Positions 10,089 to 19,687 of a DNA stretch of 64,000 bases are shown one piece after another. The first letter of the stretch is position 1. Each line of letters opens with the position of its first letter. The notes beneath the pieces were generated by a model. The model was not told where the DNA came from, did not search any database, and saw only the letters and a list, made by a program, of their open reading frames with translations. The translations under genes and the position numbers were made by a program. Source of the DNA: an uncultured Candidatus Rokubacteria bacterium (GTDB lineage Bacteria > Methylomirabilota > Methylomirabilia > Rokubacteriales > CSP1-6); the NCBI GenBank assembly GCA_963758635.1, contig CAVWWD010000011.1:134510-198509 (forward strand), read 5' to 3'.

Positions 10089-11699
10089 ATGCCGCGCGTC
10101 GTCCAATCTCGCCTCTTCCGTGCGCTCTTCGCGGGGCTCGCCCTGGCGGCCCTCGGCATCGGTCTCCTCGGCGGCCCGCCCGCCGAGGGGCAGCGGCGGC
10201 GCGTGCTGAACATCGCGGCCAAGGAGCCCGACTCGCTCGATCCCCACACGAGCACCATCGGGCAGTCGCAGGCGATCTCGCGCTTCATGTACCGCGGGCT
10301 CACGCGGTTCGCCATCAAGGACGGACGCGTCACGACCACCGAGTTCGAGCCCGACCTGGCCGAGAGCTGGACGATCTCCCCGGACGGCACCCAGTGGACG
10401 TTCAAGCTCCGGCGCGGCGTGCAGTTCCACAAGGGCTTCGGCGAGCTGACCGCGGAGGACGTGAAGTGGAGCTTCGAGCGCCAGATCAAGCGGGCCCCGG
10501 GCACGCGGTTCGGCGTGAACCTCGAGGTCATCAAGGCCATCGAGGTGATCGACCCCTACACGGTGCAGATCTCCCTCAAGGCGTACGACCCGCTGTTCCT
10601 GCTCCGCATGGTCGGCTACCAGCAGGGCTACATCGTGTCGAAGAAGGCCGCCGAGAAGGCCGGCGAGCAGTTCAAGTGGAGCCCGGTGGGCACGGGGCCG
10701 TTCTACTTCGACCGCCACGCCCCGCGCGAGAAGATCGTGCTGAAGGCGTTCGACCAGTTCCGCGGAGGCCGCCCGCAGATCGACGAGGTGCACTGGTTCG
10801 ACGTGCCCGAGGACGCCACCAAGCTGATCGGCCTCGAGAAGGGCACGTTCGACCTCGTGTACCCCGAGACGGTCACCGCCGACATCGACGCGCAGGTCCG
10901 GAAGATGGGCGCGGTCATGGACCGCCGCGGGCCCGGTGGGCAGGACCGCATCTACATCAACATGACCCGGGCGCCCTTCGACGACATCCGCGTGCGGCGG
11001 GCGTTCATGCACGCCATCGACCGCAAGACGATCAAGGAGACGCTCTACCCCGGCGCGCTCGGCCGCCTCGCCGTCGGCCCCGTGCCGCGCGGCTACTTCG
11101 GCCACACCGCGGTCGAGATCCCGGAGCACAACCCCGACGTGGCGCGGAAGCTCCTCGCCGAGGCCGGGCACCCGAACGGCTTCACGGTGAAGAACTTCTT
11201 CATGTCGAAGTCGTTCGTGTTCCCCAAGGTGATGACGCTGGTCCAGGAGCAGCTCCGGAAGGTGGGCATCGTGGTCGAGGTGCAGATCGTCGAGCACGCG
11301 ACCTACCACGAGAACATCCGGAAGAACCTGAACCCGTTCGTCCTCTTCGGCGGCACCCGCCTGCCCGACGCCGATCCGTGGCTCACGCTCTTCTTCCACT
11401 CGGGCGAGATCCCCGACCCCGCCACCGGCAACAAGGGGACGAACTTCGCGCACTACCGCGGCATCGACGACCTCCTCGCGCAGGGCCGGCAGGAGCGGGA
11501 CGCGAAGAAGCGCGCGGCCATCTACCACGAGGCGCAGCGTCGCCTGATGCGCGACGCCGTCGTTCTGCCGCTCAGCGAGGTGCCCGGCGAGTGGGCCCGC
11601 AACCCCAAGCGTGTGAGCACGCCGTTCGATCCGGAGTACGGCGAGGACTCGATCCACTTCAGCTACAACTACCCCGAGCTGCTCAAGCTCCTGAACTGA
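10089..11699 (+). CDS. ABC transporter substrate-binding protein (family 5, peptide/nickel type)
   Basis: 536 aa with a signal peptide and typical family-5 blocks (LDPH, FTLRKGVKFH-like RRGVQFHKG). Confidence 0.85.
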   Translation: MPRVVQSRLFRALFAGLALAALGIGLLGGPPAEGQRRRVLNIAAKEPDSLDPHTSTIGQSQAISRFMYRGLTRFAIKDGRVTTTEFEPDLAESWTISPDGTQWTFKLRRGVQFHKGFGELTAEDVKWSFERQIKRAPGTRFGVNLEVIKAIEVIDPYTVQISLKAYDPLFLLRMVGYQQGYIVSKKAAEKAGEQFKWSPVGTGPFYFDRHAPREKIVLKAFDQFRGGRPQIDEVHWFDVPEDATKLIGLEKGTFDLVYPETVTADIDAQVRKMGAVMDRRGPGGQDRIYINMTRAPFDDIRVRRAFMHAIDRKTIKETLYPGALGRLAVGPVPRGYFGHTAVEIPEHNPDVARKLLAEAGHPNGFTVKNFFMSKSFVFPKVMTLVQEQLRKVGIVVEVQIVEHATYHENIRKNLNPFVLFGGTRLPDADPWLTLFFHSGEIPDPATGNKGTNFAHYRGIDDLLAQGRQERDAKKRAAIYHEAQRRLMRDAVVLPLSEVPGEWARNPKRVSTPFDPEYGEDSIHFSYNYPELLKLLN

Positions 11700-11740
11700 C
11701 GGGCGCGGCCACCCGCGCCCGGAGAGGCCACGTCGAACCC

Positions 11741-13045
11741 ATGCGGAGCTACGCGCGGTCGATCGCGCTCTACGAGGAGGCCCGGCGCCACCTCGCCGGG
11801 GGCGTGAGCAGCAACGTGCGGTACGCGAGCGCGCCCGTCCCGCTCTTCTTCGAGCGCGGCGAGGGCGCGCGGCTCTTCGACGTGGACGGCAACGCGCACA
11901 TCGACTACGTCCTGGGCAACGGCCCGGCCATCCTGGGCCACGCGCCGCGGCCGGTGATCGACGCGGTGGCGGACAGCCTCCGGCTCGGGCAGGTCTACGC
12001 GGCCCAGCACGCGCAGGAAGTGGCGCTGGCGCGGCGGCTCGGCGCGCTCCTGCCGAGCGCGGAGCTGGTCCGCTTCGCGTCGTCGGGCACCGAGGCCGTC
12101 CAGCTCGCGCTCCGCATCGCCCGCGCGTTCACGGGCCGCCGCCGGATCGTCAAGTTCGAGGGCCACTACCACGGCTGGATGGACTCGGTGTACGTGAGCG
12201 TGCGGCCCGCGGCGAAGGTGGCCGGGCCCGCCGACGCGCCGACGCCCGTGCTCGAGTCCGAGGGGCAGGCCGACAGCGTGCTCGGGGACCTCGTCGTCCT
12301 GGGATGGAACGACGCGAGCTTCCTCGCCGACGCCTTCGAGCGCCATCGCGGCGAGATCGCTGGCGTGCTCATGGAGCCGGTGATGGTCAACGGCGGCGTG
12401 GCCGAGCCGCGCCCGGGCTATCTCGAGGCGGCGCGCCGTCTCTGCGACGCGCACGGCGCGCTCCTGATCTTCGACGAGGTCATCACCGGCTTCCGGGTGG
12501 GGCTCCGCGGGGCCCAGGGACGCTACGGCGTGCGGCCGGACCTGACCATCCTGGCCAAGGCGGTGGCCGCGGGGTTCCCGCTGAGCGCGGTGGCGGGCCG
12601 CCGGGACGCGATGAACCAGGTGTTCGACGGCGGCGCGATGCACGGCGGCACCTACAACGGCAACGTCCAGAGCGTGGCCGCGGGGCTGGCCGCCCTCGAC
12701 GTGCTCGCCGCCGGCGACGGCGCGGTGTACCGCGACATGGAGCGCCGGGGCACACGCCTCATGCAGGGGCTCCGCGCCGCCGCGGGGCGGGCCGGCGCGC
12801 GCCTGCTCGTCCAGGGCCTGCCCGCGATCTTCCAGACCACCTTCACCGACAAGCCCGCGCTCCACGACTATCGCGACGTGACCGAGACCGACCACGAGCG
12901 CGGGCTCCGCTTCTGGCAGGCCCTGCAGGACGAGGGCGTGCGCGTGACGCAGCGGGGCGTCTGGTTCCTCTCCGCCGCGCACGGCGACGCCGAGATCGAC
13001 GAGACGCTCGCCGCGGCCGCGCGCGCCCTGTCACGCGTGGGCTGA
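11741..13045 (+). CDS. class-III aminotransferase (glutamate-1-semialdehyde aminomutase-like)
   Basis: ATG 11741 within the long ORF 9782..13045. Blocks GGVSSNVR, SGTEAVQLALRIARAFTGR and FDEVITGFR. Confidence 0.85.
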   Translation: MRSYARSIALYEEARRHLAGGVSSNVRYASAPVPLFFERGEGARLFDVDGNAHIDYVLGNGPAILGHAPRPVIDAVADSLRLGQVYAAQHAQEVALARRLGALLPSAELVRFASSGTEAVQLALRIARAFTGRRRIVKFEGHYHGWMDSVYVSVRPAAKVAGPADAPTPVLESEGQADSVLGDLVVLGWNDASFLADAFERHRGEIAGVLMEPVMVNGGVAEPRPGYLEAARRLCDAHGALLIFDEVITGFRVGLRGAQGRYGVRPDLTILAKAVAAGFPLSAVAGRRDAMNQVFDGGAMHGGTYNGNVQSVAAGLAALDVLAAGDGAVYRDMERRGTRLMQGLRAAAGRAGARLLVQGLPAIFQTTFTDKPALHDYRDVTETDHERGLRFWQALQDEGVRVTQRGVWFLSAAHGDAEIDETLAAAARALSRVG

Positions 13046-13114
13046 CGATGTGTCGGTCTCGGGTCCGCTGCGGGGGCGTCGGGGCGCCGGACCTGCCGCG
13101 TGCTGGTGCCGCCG

Positions 13115-13153
13115 CACCTCACCCTACCCTCTCCCCAGAGGGGAGAGGGATCA
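13115..13153. repeat. solo arm of the hairpin-ended REP/MITE-like element
   Basis: cacctcaccctaccctctccccagaggggagagggatcac is the reverse complement of the left arm of the 16764-16886 element (CCCTCTCCCC / GGGGAGAGGG hairpin + tagggtgagg). Confidence 0.6.
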
Positions 13154-13171
13154 CTCGTCAGGAGGCACGAC

Positions 13172-13975
13172 ATGACCGACACGAAGCGCGCGCACCTGAT
13201 CGCCGGCGGCTTTCCGCCCGGCGCCCACGCCGGCCACGACCACGACTACGCGCGGCTCACGCTGCTCGGGCTCCTCGCCGAGCAGGACGTCCCCGCCTCG
13301 GTCGCGAACGACTTCGCGGACGTCGAGAAGTGGCTCGCGGTGAGCCGGCTCTTGATCACCTACGCGGCCGGCCCCTACCCCGACGCCGCGCAGTGCCGCG
13401 CCATGCGTGCGTGGCTCGAGTCGGGCGGCCGCTGGCTGGCGCTGCACGGCACGAGCGGGGGGCGCGCGGAGCGCGTGGAAGGCTTCCGCCAGCGCCGCAC
13501 GGTGAAGACCGAGCATCACGACCTGCTGGGGAGCTACTTCCTCACGCACCCGCCGATCTGCAAGATCCACGTGGACGTGGCGGGCGGCGACACGCGCCTC
13601 ACGCGCGGGCTCGGCGCGTCGTTCGACGTGGAGGACGAGCCGTACTTCATCGAGCTGCAGCACCCGGCCTCGACCCGGGTGCTGCTCACCGCGGACTACG
13701 GGCCGAACGGCGTCGCGTCCGCCATCGGCACGCTCTACGCCACCGACACGTCACTCCGGCCCGACGGCCGGACGCGCGTCCTCGGGTACACGCGCGATGT
13801 CGGCGAGGGCGGCGTCACGTACTACGCGCTGGGCCATTGCCACAACCCCGCGATCCGCGCCTCGCGGACGCCCGATCCCACCGACACGACGCCCCTCACG
13901 TTCCGCGGCGCGTGGGAGACGGACGCGTTCACGACCCTGCTGCGCAACGGCATCGCCTGGGGCGTGGACGCGTGA
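13172..13975 (+). CDS. ThuA-like domain protein
   Basis: ATG 13172 preceded by GGAGG. AHLIAGGFPPG..HDHDY.. and ..WLESGGRWLALHGTSGG pattern resembles ThuA-type class-I glutamine-amidotransferase-like proteins. Confidence 0.6.
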   Translation: MTDTKRAHLIAGGFPPGAHAGHDHDYARLTLLGLLAEQDVPASVANDFADVEKWLAVSRLLITYAAGPYPDAAQCRAMRAWLESGGRWLALHGTSGGRAERVEGFRQRRTVKTEHHDLLGSYFLTHPPICKIHVDVAGGDTRLTRGLGASFDVEDEPYFIELQHPASTRVLLTADYGPNGVASAIGTLYATDTSLRPDGRTRVLGYTRDVGEGGVTYYALGHCHNPAIRASRTPDPTDTTPLTFRGAWETDAFTTLLRNGIAWGVDA

Positions 13976-14020
13976 TCCCCGGCCAGCGAGGCGGGTCCGG
14001 GCGCGTCGCCCCGGGTCAGG

Positions 14021-15561
14021 TCACCTCGGCCTGACCTTCAGATCCTCGTACGGCGCCGACCACAGGAAGCCGGCGATGAGGCCGATCCCCGACTCCTCCA
14101 CCCGGGGCCCGACGCCGTTCAGTCCCGCGTTCAGGTAGATCGGCGCGACCATCGCCTTCTCGTGGACGAGCTGCTGGATGCGCTCCAGCGTCGCCCCGCG
14201 CCGCCGGGCGTCGAGCTCGGTCGCCTGCTCCTGGACCAGTCCGTCGATGTCCGGATAGCTCCCGTAGGCGTAGGTGCCGCCGCTGGCGATGAACGCCTCG
14301 ATGCGCGTGGCCGCGTTGCCGAAGGCGCCGCTCGCGCCGTGGACAAGGCCCCGGTACTTCTTCTCCGCGAAGCCCCGGAAGAACGCGGCGCGCTCGATGG
14401 GCCGGAGCTTCACCCGGATGCCGGCGGCGTTCAGGTAGTTCACCACGGGCTCGCCGATGTTGGTGATCGCCGCGTCGCAGAAGTAGTCGCCCGCGTCGAA
14501 GCCGTTCCGGTAGCCGGCCTCGGCCAGGAGCTGCTTGGCCCGGGCCGCGTCGTAGGCGTAGCCGGGAGGCTGCCAGTAGAACTCGAAGCTCGACGGGATG
14601 ATGCTCCAGCCGATCCGGGCGTGACCGAGCGCGTCGGCCTGGTTGATGGCCTGCCGGTCGATGGCGTGGTTGGCGGCCAGCCGCACGCGCCGATCCGACC
14701 ACGGGGACTTCGGGTCCCACTGCTCGGTGAAGTAGACCCAGTGCGTGGCCAGCCCGACGTTGGGCCGGAGCGTGAGGCCCGGCGTCCGCCGCAGGTCCTC
14801 GGCCAGCTCGCCGCGCACCGCGTAGGCGATGTCCACCTCGCCGCGCTTGAGCGTGGCGAGCCGCGTGGCCTCGTCGGGAATCGCCTTGAGGACGAGGCGC
14901 TTCACGTTCGGCACCTTGCGCCAGTACTGCTCGAAGGCCTCCAGCACCAGCTCCACGCCCGGCGTGAACGACACGAAGCGGTACGGGCCAGCGCCGATCG
15001 GAGCCTTCTTGAAGCCCTCGTCGCCGACCTTGTCGACGTACTTCTTCGGCACGATCCACGCGGCGCCCGTGGCGTTCAGGTAGAAGGTCAGGAAGTCGGG
15101 CCAGGGCCGCTTGAGTCGGATCCGCACGCGGAGCGGATCGGGCGTCTCGATCGCGCTCACCCGCTCCTTGAGGAGCTTGGCGGACGCGCCGCGGTAGCGC
15201 TCGAAGCGAGAACTTCACGTCCTCCGCGGTGACCGGTGTCGCCGTTGTGGAACTTCACGCCCTTGCGGAGCACGAACTCGTGGACGAGGCCGTCCGGCGA
15301 CGCGCTCCACGATTCCGCCAGGCTGGGCGCCGCGGGCGCGCCGGGCATCGGCTTCACCAGGGCGTCGTGCAGCGCGTAGATGATCATGTACGGCGTGATG
15401 ATGCCGGAGGTCTCGGCGGGATCGAACCACGTCGGGGCCAGCGAGACGTGCACGGCCCACGTCAGCTGCCCCTCGGGCGCGGCGACGCCAGCGGCGGCGC
15501 CGAGCGAGACGATCGTCAGGACGAGCGAGAGAGCGAAGAGGCCTCGAACGGATCTCCTCAT
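14021..15561 (-). CDS. ABC transporter substrate-binding protein (family 5), frame interrupted twice
   Basis: Signal peptide + N-terminus in ORF 15157..15561, body in ORF 14021..15160. Between them the true reading ..KFHNGD.VTAEDVKFSFERYRGASAKLLKERV.. requires removing one nt near 15235 and one near 15213. Confidence 0.8.
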
Positions 15562-15693
15562 GGAACCCCCCCTCGGACGCGGGTCAGTTCACACGCGATG
15601 TCCTCGTCGATGCTCGGATCGGGTCATCCTCCTTTCCGACCGCCGCGCCGCGCGGTCGATCTCCGATGTTGCGCGAGGGTCTGACCCCCGGGG

Positions 15694-16651
15694 CTAGGCG
15701 CCGTTGCGGGCGGAGGCCTCCGGCCAGTAGACGAAGCCGCAGCCGGTCTGGGTGGCAGTGCGCCGCGACGTACTCCACGACCTTGGCGGGACGGTTCATC
15801 GCCGCCGCCGCGCTGATCCAGGCCCGCACCTCGCCCGTGCCCGACCGCATGTTGTCGGAGTCGAACGTGAACAGGTGCTGGAGCGCCTCGAGGTCGTTTC
15901 GCTCGAGCCGCTCGAGGATCCAGCGGTCCAGCGGCTGGTCGATCCAGCCGGCGTTGAACATGCCCGGGAAGTGGGAGAGGCCGCCGGAGGCGTAGATGGC
16001 CACGCGCTCGGGACGGTCACGCAGGACCTCGGCGATGGCCTGCCCGAGCTGCGCGCACCGCGCCGCGCTCGGCAGCGGCGGGTAGTACTCGTTGAGGAAC
16101 ACGCAGACCAGCGGGATCGTGAGGCCGGGATCGACCTCGGGGACCAGGTTCGACACCATGTGCGACACGCCGCGCTCCGGGTTGCCGCGCGGGTCGAAGC
16201 GCCCGATGTTGGCCACGTCGAAGCCGCGCTTGATCAGCCCGCGCAGGAGGTGGCGCGAGAGCTCCGCGTGCTGCGGAAAGACCACCTTGGTCCGCTCCAG
16301 CGGGGGCGTGCCGAAGGGATCGCGCGCGCTCCGGCCCCAGATCGGCTCCTCGCCGGTGTACACGGAGAACGTGGGGTTGTTGGCCTCGTCGAACAGGTCG
16401 CCCTGGTCGTCGCCGATCATCAGCAGCGCGTCGGGCCGGTACGCGCGGAGCTGGTCTCGCAGCACCGCGAAGGCGGCCTCGATCTTCTGGATGTGGCCCT
16501 CGACGATCGACGGCGTCGCGATCTCGACCCGCATGCTGTGGGGGATGTGCTCGCGAGCCGCGGCGGGGATCCGCTCCATCACGCGGGGCCAGTACTGCGC
16601 CTTCTGGAACATCATCGGTGCGTGTGACGACGCCATTCCCATTCCGAGCAT
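15694..16651 (-). CDS. class-III extradiol ring-cleavage dioxygenase (LigB family), frame interrupted near the C-terminus
   Basis: ATG 16651 after GAGGAGG. MLGMGMASSHAPMMF.., LLMIGDDQGD, YASGGLSHFPG. The last residues ..TQTGCGFVYWPEASARNGA* are one frame over (shift ~15745-15760), with a TAG stop at 15694-15696. Confidence 0.8.
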
Positions 16652-16763
16652 GCCTGGCCTCCTCGCGGTGTCGGGGTCGCGCCCGGCTGCGGGCGTGCGG
16701 GCATTGTCTCGCCGCCGGGGCGAACAAGACAAGCGATCGAATCCGCGGGTTCGGATTTGAGAG

Positions 16764-16886
16764 TCTCCCTCTCCCCTCTGGGGAGAGGGTAGGGTGAGGG
16801 GCGGTCGAACAACCACGTGGGACGTTCTGGCCGCGAGGCAGTGCCACCGACCCTCACCCCGACCCTCTCCCTGTAAGGGAGAGGGA
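16764..16886. repeat. ~123-bp MITE/REP-like element with hairpin-containing inverted ends
   Basis: Left arm tctccctctcccctctggggagagggtagggtgagggg, core cggtcgaacaaccacgtgggacgttctggccgcgaggcagtgccaccg, right arm accctcaccccgaccctctccctgtaagggagaggg. A near-identical copy lies inverted at 49345-49466. Confidence 0.7.
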
Positions 16887-16902
16887 GCTCGCGAGGCCCG
16901 GC

Positions 16903-17886
16903 TTAGGCGGCCGGGATGGGCGCGGAGGGGTCGATCAGCCCGCGATCCCGGAGCTCCGCCCAGAACGGCGCGGGGACCGGCGTCTCGACCAGCCGCACGT
17001 TCTCCTCGACCTCGGCCACCGATCGCGCGCCCGGGATGACCGACGCGATGGCGGGGTGGGCGAGGATGAACTGGAGGGCCGCGGCGCGCAGCGGCACCTG
17101 GTGGCGCTCGCAGACGGCGGCGATGCGGGCGGCCTTGTCCATCATCTCCGGCGAGGCGGCGCGGTAGTTGAACGTGGCGCCCTCCCGGGGGCCCACGGCC
17201 AGGATGCCGCTGTTGTAGGGCCCGCCCGCGATCACGCTGATCCCGCGCTCCACGCAGTAGGGCAGGAACTCGGGGAGCGCCGACTGATCCAGCAGCGTGT
17301 AGCGCCCGGCCAGGAGGAAGCAGTCGCTCGCACCCTCGCGCGCGAACGCCAGCTCCATCTGCCACTGGTTCATGCCGGCGCCGATGGCGCGGATCCGTCC
17401 CTCCGCGCGAAGCTCCATCAGGACCGGGTACGCGCCCGCGAGGGCAGTCTGGTAGTGGTCGTCGGGGTCGTGGACGAAGACGATGTCCACCCGGTCCAGG
17501 CCGAGCCGGTCGAGCGACGAGGCGAACGACGCCCGCGCCCCCTCCCGGCTGAAATCGAAGGCCCACGTGGTCGTGCCGGTTCCCGCCGGGTCCGGTCGCA
17601 GGACGCGCCCCACCTTGGTGGACAGCACGTAGCCATCGCGGGAGACGCCCTGGAGCGCGCGGCCGTACCGCCGCTCGCTCTCGCCCACCCCGTACATCGG
17701 CGCGGTGTCGAGGTAGTTGAGGCCGAGCGCGAGGCTCCGGCGGATGAGCGACACGGCCTCGTCCTCCTCGGACCGTCGCTGCGGGTCGGTGGCGGGCGGC
17801 GCGCCGGAGAGAGCGACGCCGCCGAGCCCGAGGCGGGTGACGCGAAGGCCGGTGCTGCCGATCTGGGCGGTGTCGGTGGCGCGCAT
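16903..17886 (-). CDS. aldo/keto reductase
   Basis: 327 aa. LGLGG.., NYLDTAPMYG.GESE, STKVGR and VFVHDPD blocks. Confidence 0.9.
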   Translation of the reverse strand: MRATDTAQIGSTGLRVTRLGLGGVALSGAPPATDPQRRSEEDEAVSLIRRSLALGLNYLDTAPMYGVGESERRYGRALQGVSRDGYVLSTKVGRVLRPDPAGTGTTTWAFDFSREGARASFASSLDRLGLDRVDIVFVHDPDDHYQTALAGAYPVLMELRAEGRIRAIGAGMNQWQMELAFAREGASDCFLLAGRYTLLDQSALPEFLPYCVERGISVIAGGPYNSGILAVGPREGATFNYRAASPEMMDKAARIAAVCERHQVPLRAAALQFILAHPAIASVIPGARSVAEVEENVRLVETPVPAPFWAELRDRGLIDPSAPIPAA

Positions 17887-18071
17887 GGAGACCTCCTCGG
17901 AGATTGATCGCGTCCCGTCGCGGGCGCGCCATTATCTCCGAACGATCAGGGCCGGGCCACCAGGTGCGGGCGCCCGGGCTTCGCCCGGCCGCACCTGGCG
18001 CCGGCGCGCCGCGCTGCTACCGGCGCGGCGGGAAGCGGGGACCGCGCCCGGCGTGCTACGCTCCGGCCAGC

Positions 18072-19298
18072 ATGGACTTCCGCCTCACCGAGGCGCAGCG
18101 TGAGCTGCAGGAGCGCGCTCGCCGTCTCTCCCGTGACTTCGCCACGCGCGCCGCACAGCACGATCGCGACGCGACCGACCCGTTCGAGAACTACGCCGCG
18201 CTCCACGACGCCGGCTTCTACGCGCTCAACGTGCCGCGCGAGCTCGGCGGCGCCGGCGTGGGGCTGCTCGACTGGTCGCTAGCCGCCGAGGAGCTGGGTC
18301 AGGGCTGCGCATCGACGGCGCTGTCGTTCAACATGCACCTGTCCGTGGTGGGGCCGGTCATGGAGAGCCCGCGGGTGCCGGCGGCGGTCAAGGAGCGGCT
18401 GGCCAAGATGGTGGCCCAGGACGGCAAGCTGATCGGCGGCAACTTCTCCGAGCCGACCACCTCCGGGCTGGTCGCCACGCCGGCGCCGCTCACGCGGGCG
18501 CGTCGGGCGGACGGCGGCTACCGCATCACCGGCCGCAAGGCGTTCGCCTCGATGATCGCCGCGGCCGACTACGTCATGGTGATGGCGTACCCGGACGAGG
18601 CGACCTCGCCCACCGCGGCCATGCTGCTGCTGGTCCCGCCGGACGCCCCGGGACGCCGCGTCGACCGCGTATGGGACACGCTGGGCATGCGCGCGACGCG
18701 GAGCGATTCCATGGTCCTCGAGGACTGCTGGGTGCCCGAGGAGGCGCTGCTGTACCGGTCGGACGACATCGTCCCGTTCCGTCGCGACGGCGCCAACTGG
18801 TTCTGGGCCTCGTACACGCCGGTGTACCTGGGGATCGGCGTGGCCGCGTACAACGCGATCGTGGACAACGTGAAGGCGCGCACGCCGCCCGGCTTCTCCC
18901 AGCCCCTCGCCTACCACCCGGACGTGCGCCGCCACGTGGCGGAGATGAACGCGGACCTGGAAGCGGCGCGGCTCCTCACGCTCCACTCGGCCTGGCTCAG
19001 CGACACCGAGGGCCCGACGCCGGCCACGCTCGCCGCGCTCTATCGCGCCAAGTTCGCGGTCGGCGAGGCCGTGACCCGCGTGACCCGCACCGCGATGACG
19101 CTCGGCGGCGCCCACGCGCTGTTCAGGACATCGCCGCTCGAGCGCTACTTCCGGGACGGGGCGGTGGCGCCCGTGCAGTTCCCTCCCCGCGACTTCTGCC
19201 TGACCACGCTGGGCATGCTCGCGCTCGGTCTCGACCCCCGCGACGTGCTGCCGCCGCTCCGGAGCGACCGCGCGGACGCCGGGCCCACCGTGCGCTGA
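18072..19298 (+). CDS. acyl-CoA dehydrogenase family protein (intact copy)
   Basis: ATG 18072 within ORF 17904..19298. MDFRLTEAQRELQERAR.., WDTLGMRATRSDS, TLGGAHALF. Its 3' 870 nt recur at 31159-32030 and, internally deleted, at 34617-34809. Confidence 0.9.
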   Translation: MDFRLTEAQRELQERARRLSRDFATRAAQHDRDATDPFENYAALHDAGFYALNVPRELGGAGVGLLDWSLAAEELGQGCASTALSFNMHLSVVGPVMESPRVPAAVKERLAKMVAQDGKLIGGNFSEPTTSGLVATPAPLTRARRADGGYRITGRKAFASMIAAADYVMVMAYPDEATSPTAAMLLLVPPDAPGRRVDRVWDTLGMRATRSDSMVLEDCWVPEEALLYRSDDIVPFRRDGANWFWASYTPVYLGIGVAAYNAIVDNVKARTPPGFSQPLAYHPDVRRHVAEMNADLEAARLLTLHSAWLSDTEGPTPATLAALYRAKFAVGEAVTRVTRTAMTLGGAHALFRTSPLERYFRDGAVAPVQFPPRDFCLTTLGMLALGLDPRDVLPPLRSDRADAGPTVR

Positions 19299-19338
19299 CC
19301 GCCCCCGTCCCGACATAACCGCCCACACTCGGACGCTC

Positions 19339-19402
19339 TCGCCTCGGCACCCCCAGGAGCCGACGCCACATCGCCTCGGCCCCCCAGGAGCCCGACGCCA
19401 CA
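19339..19402. repeat. 2 x 32-bp tandem direct repeat
   Basis: tcgcctcggcacccccaggagccgacgccaca / tcgcctcggccccccaggagcccgacgccaca. Lies between the ACAD stop and an AAA-ATPase gene stub. A degenerate single copy follows ACAD copy 2 at about 32049-32078. Confidence 0.6.
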
Positions 19403-19667
19403 GCAGATGCGGCATGCCCCGCGCATAGGCGATTGAGCGGCCCCGGAGCACGCGCCAGCCGTCGACGTGGGGCGACCGGGTGAACTCCCAGTGGAGGCGG
19501 GATTTCCCCACGCCGGCCTCGCCCACGATGGCGACGACCTGCCCGTTCCCCGCGGCGGCCTGCTCGAGCGATCGGCGGAGTGCTGCGATCTGGGCGTCCC
19601 GGCCGACGAATGGGGTGAACCCGCGCCGCGCGGCGGCCTGCACCACGCCAGGGCGTTCGCCCGACAA
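19398..19667 (-). pseudogene. AAA-ATPase regulator fragment (Walker A region only)
   Basis: ..FTPFVGRDAQIAALRRSLEQAAAGNGQVVAIVGEAGVGKSRL.. (first 90 aa of ORF 18279..19667). Sense is lost exactly at the 32-bp repeats. Confidence 0.55.
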
Positions 19668-19687
19668 GTCAAAGCATTACATTCCTA

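Noticed and set aside
16690-16762. tRNA-like T-arm (..gatcgaatccgcgggttcggatt..).
   Set aside because: It is only a 6-bp AATCCG/CGGATT hairpin, with no acceptor, D or anticodon arms. It is at most a weak terminator-like hairpin after the aldo-keto reductase gene.
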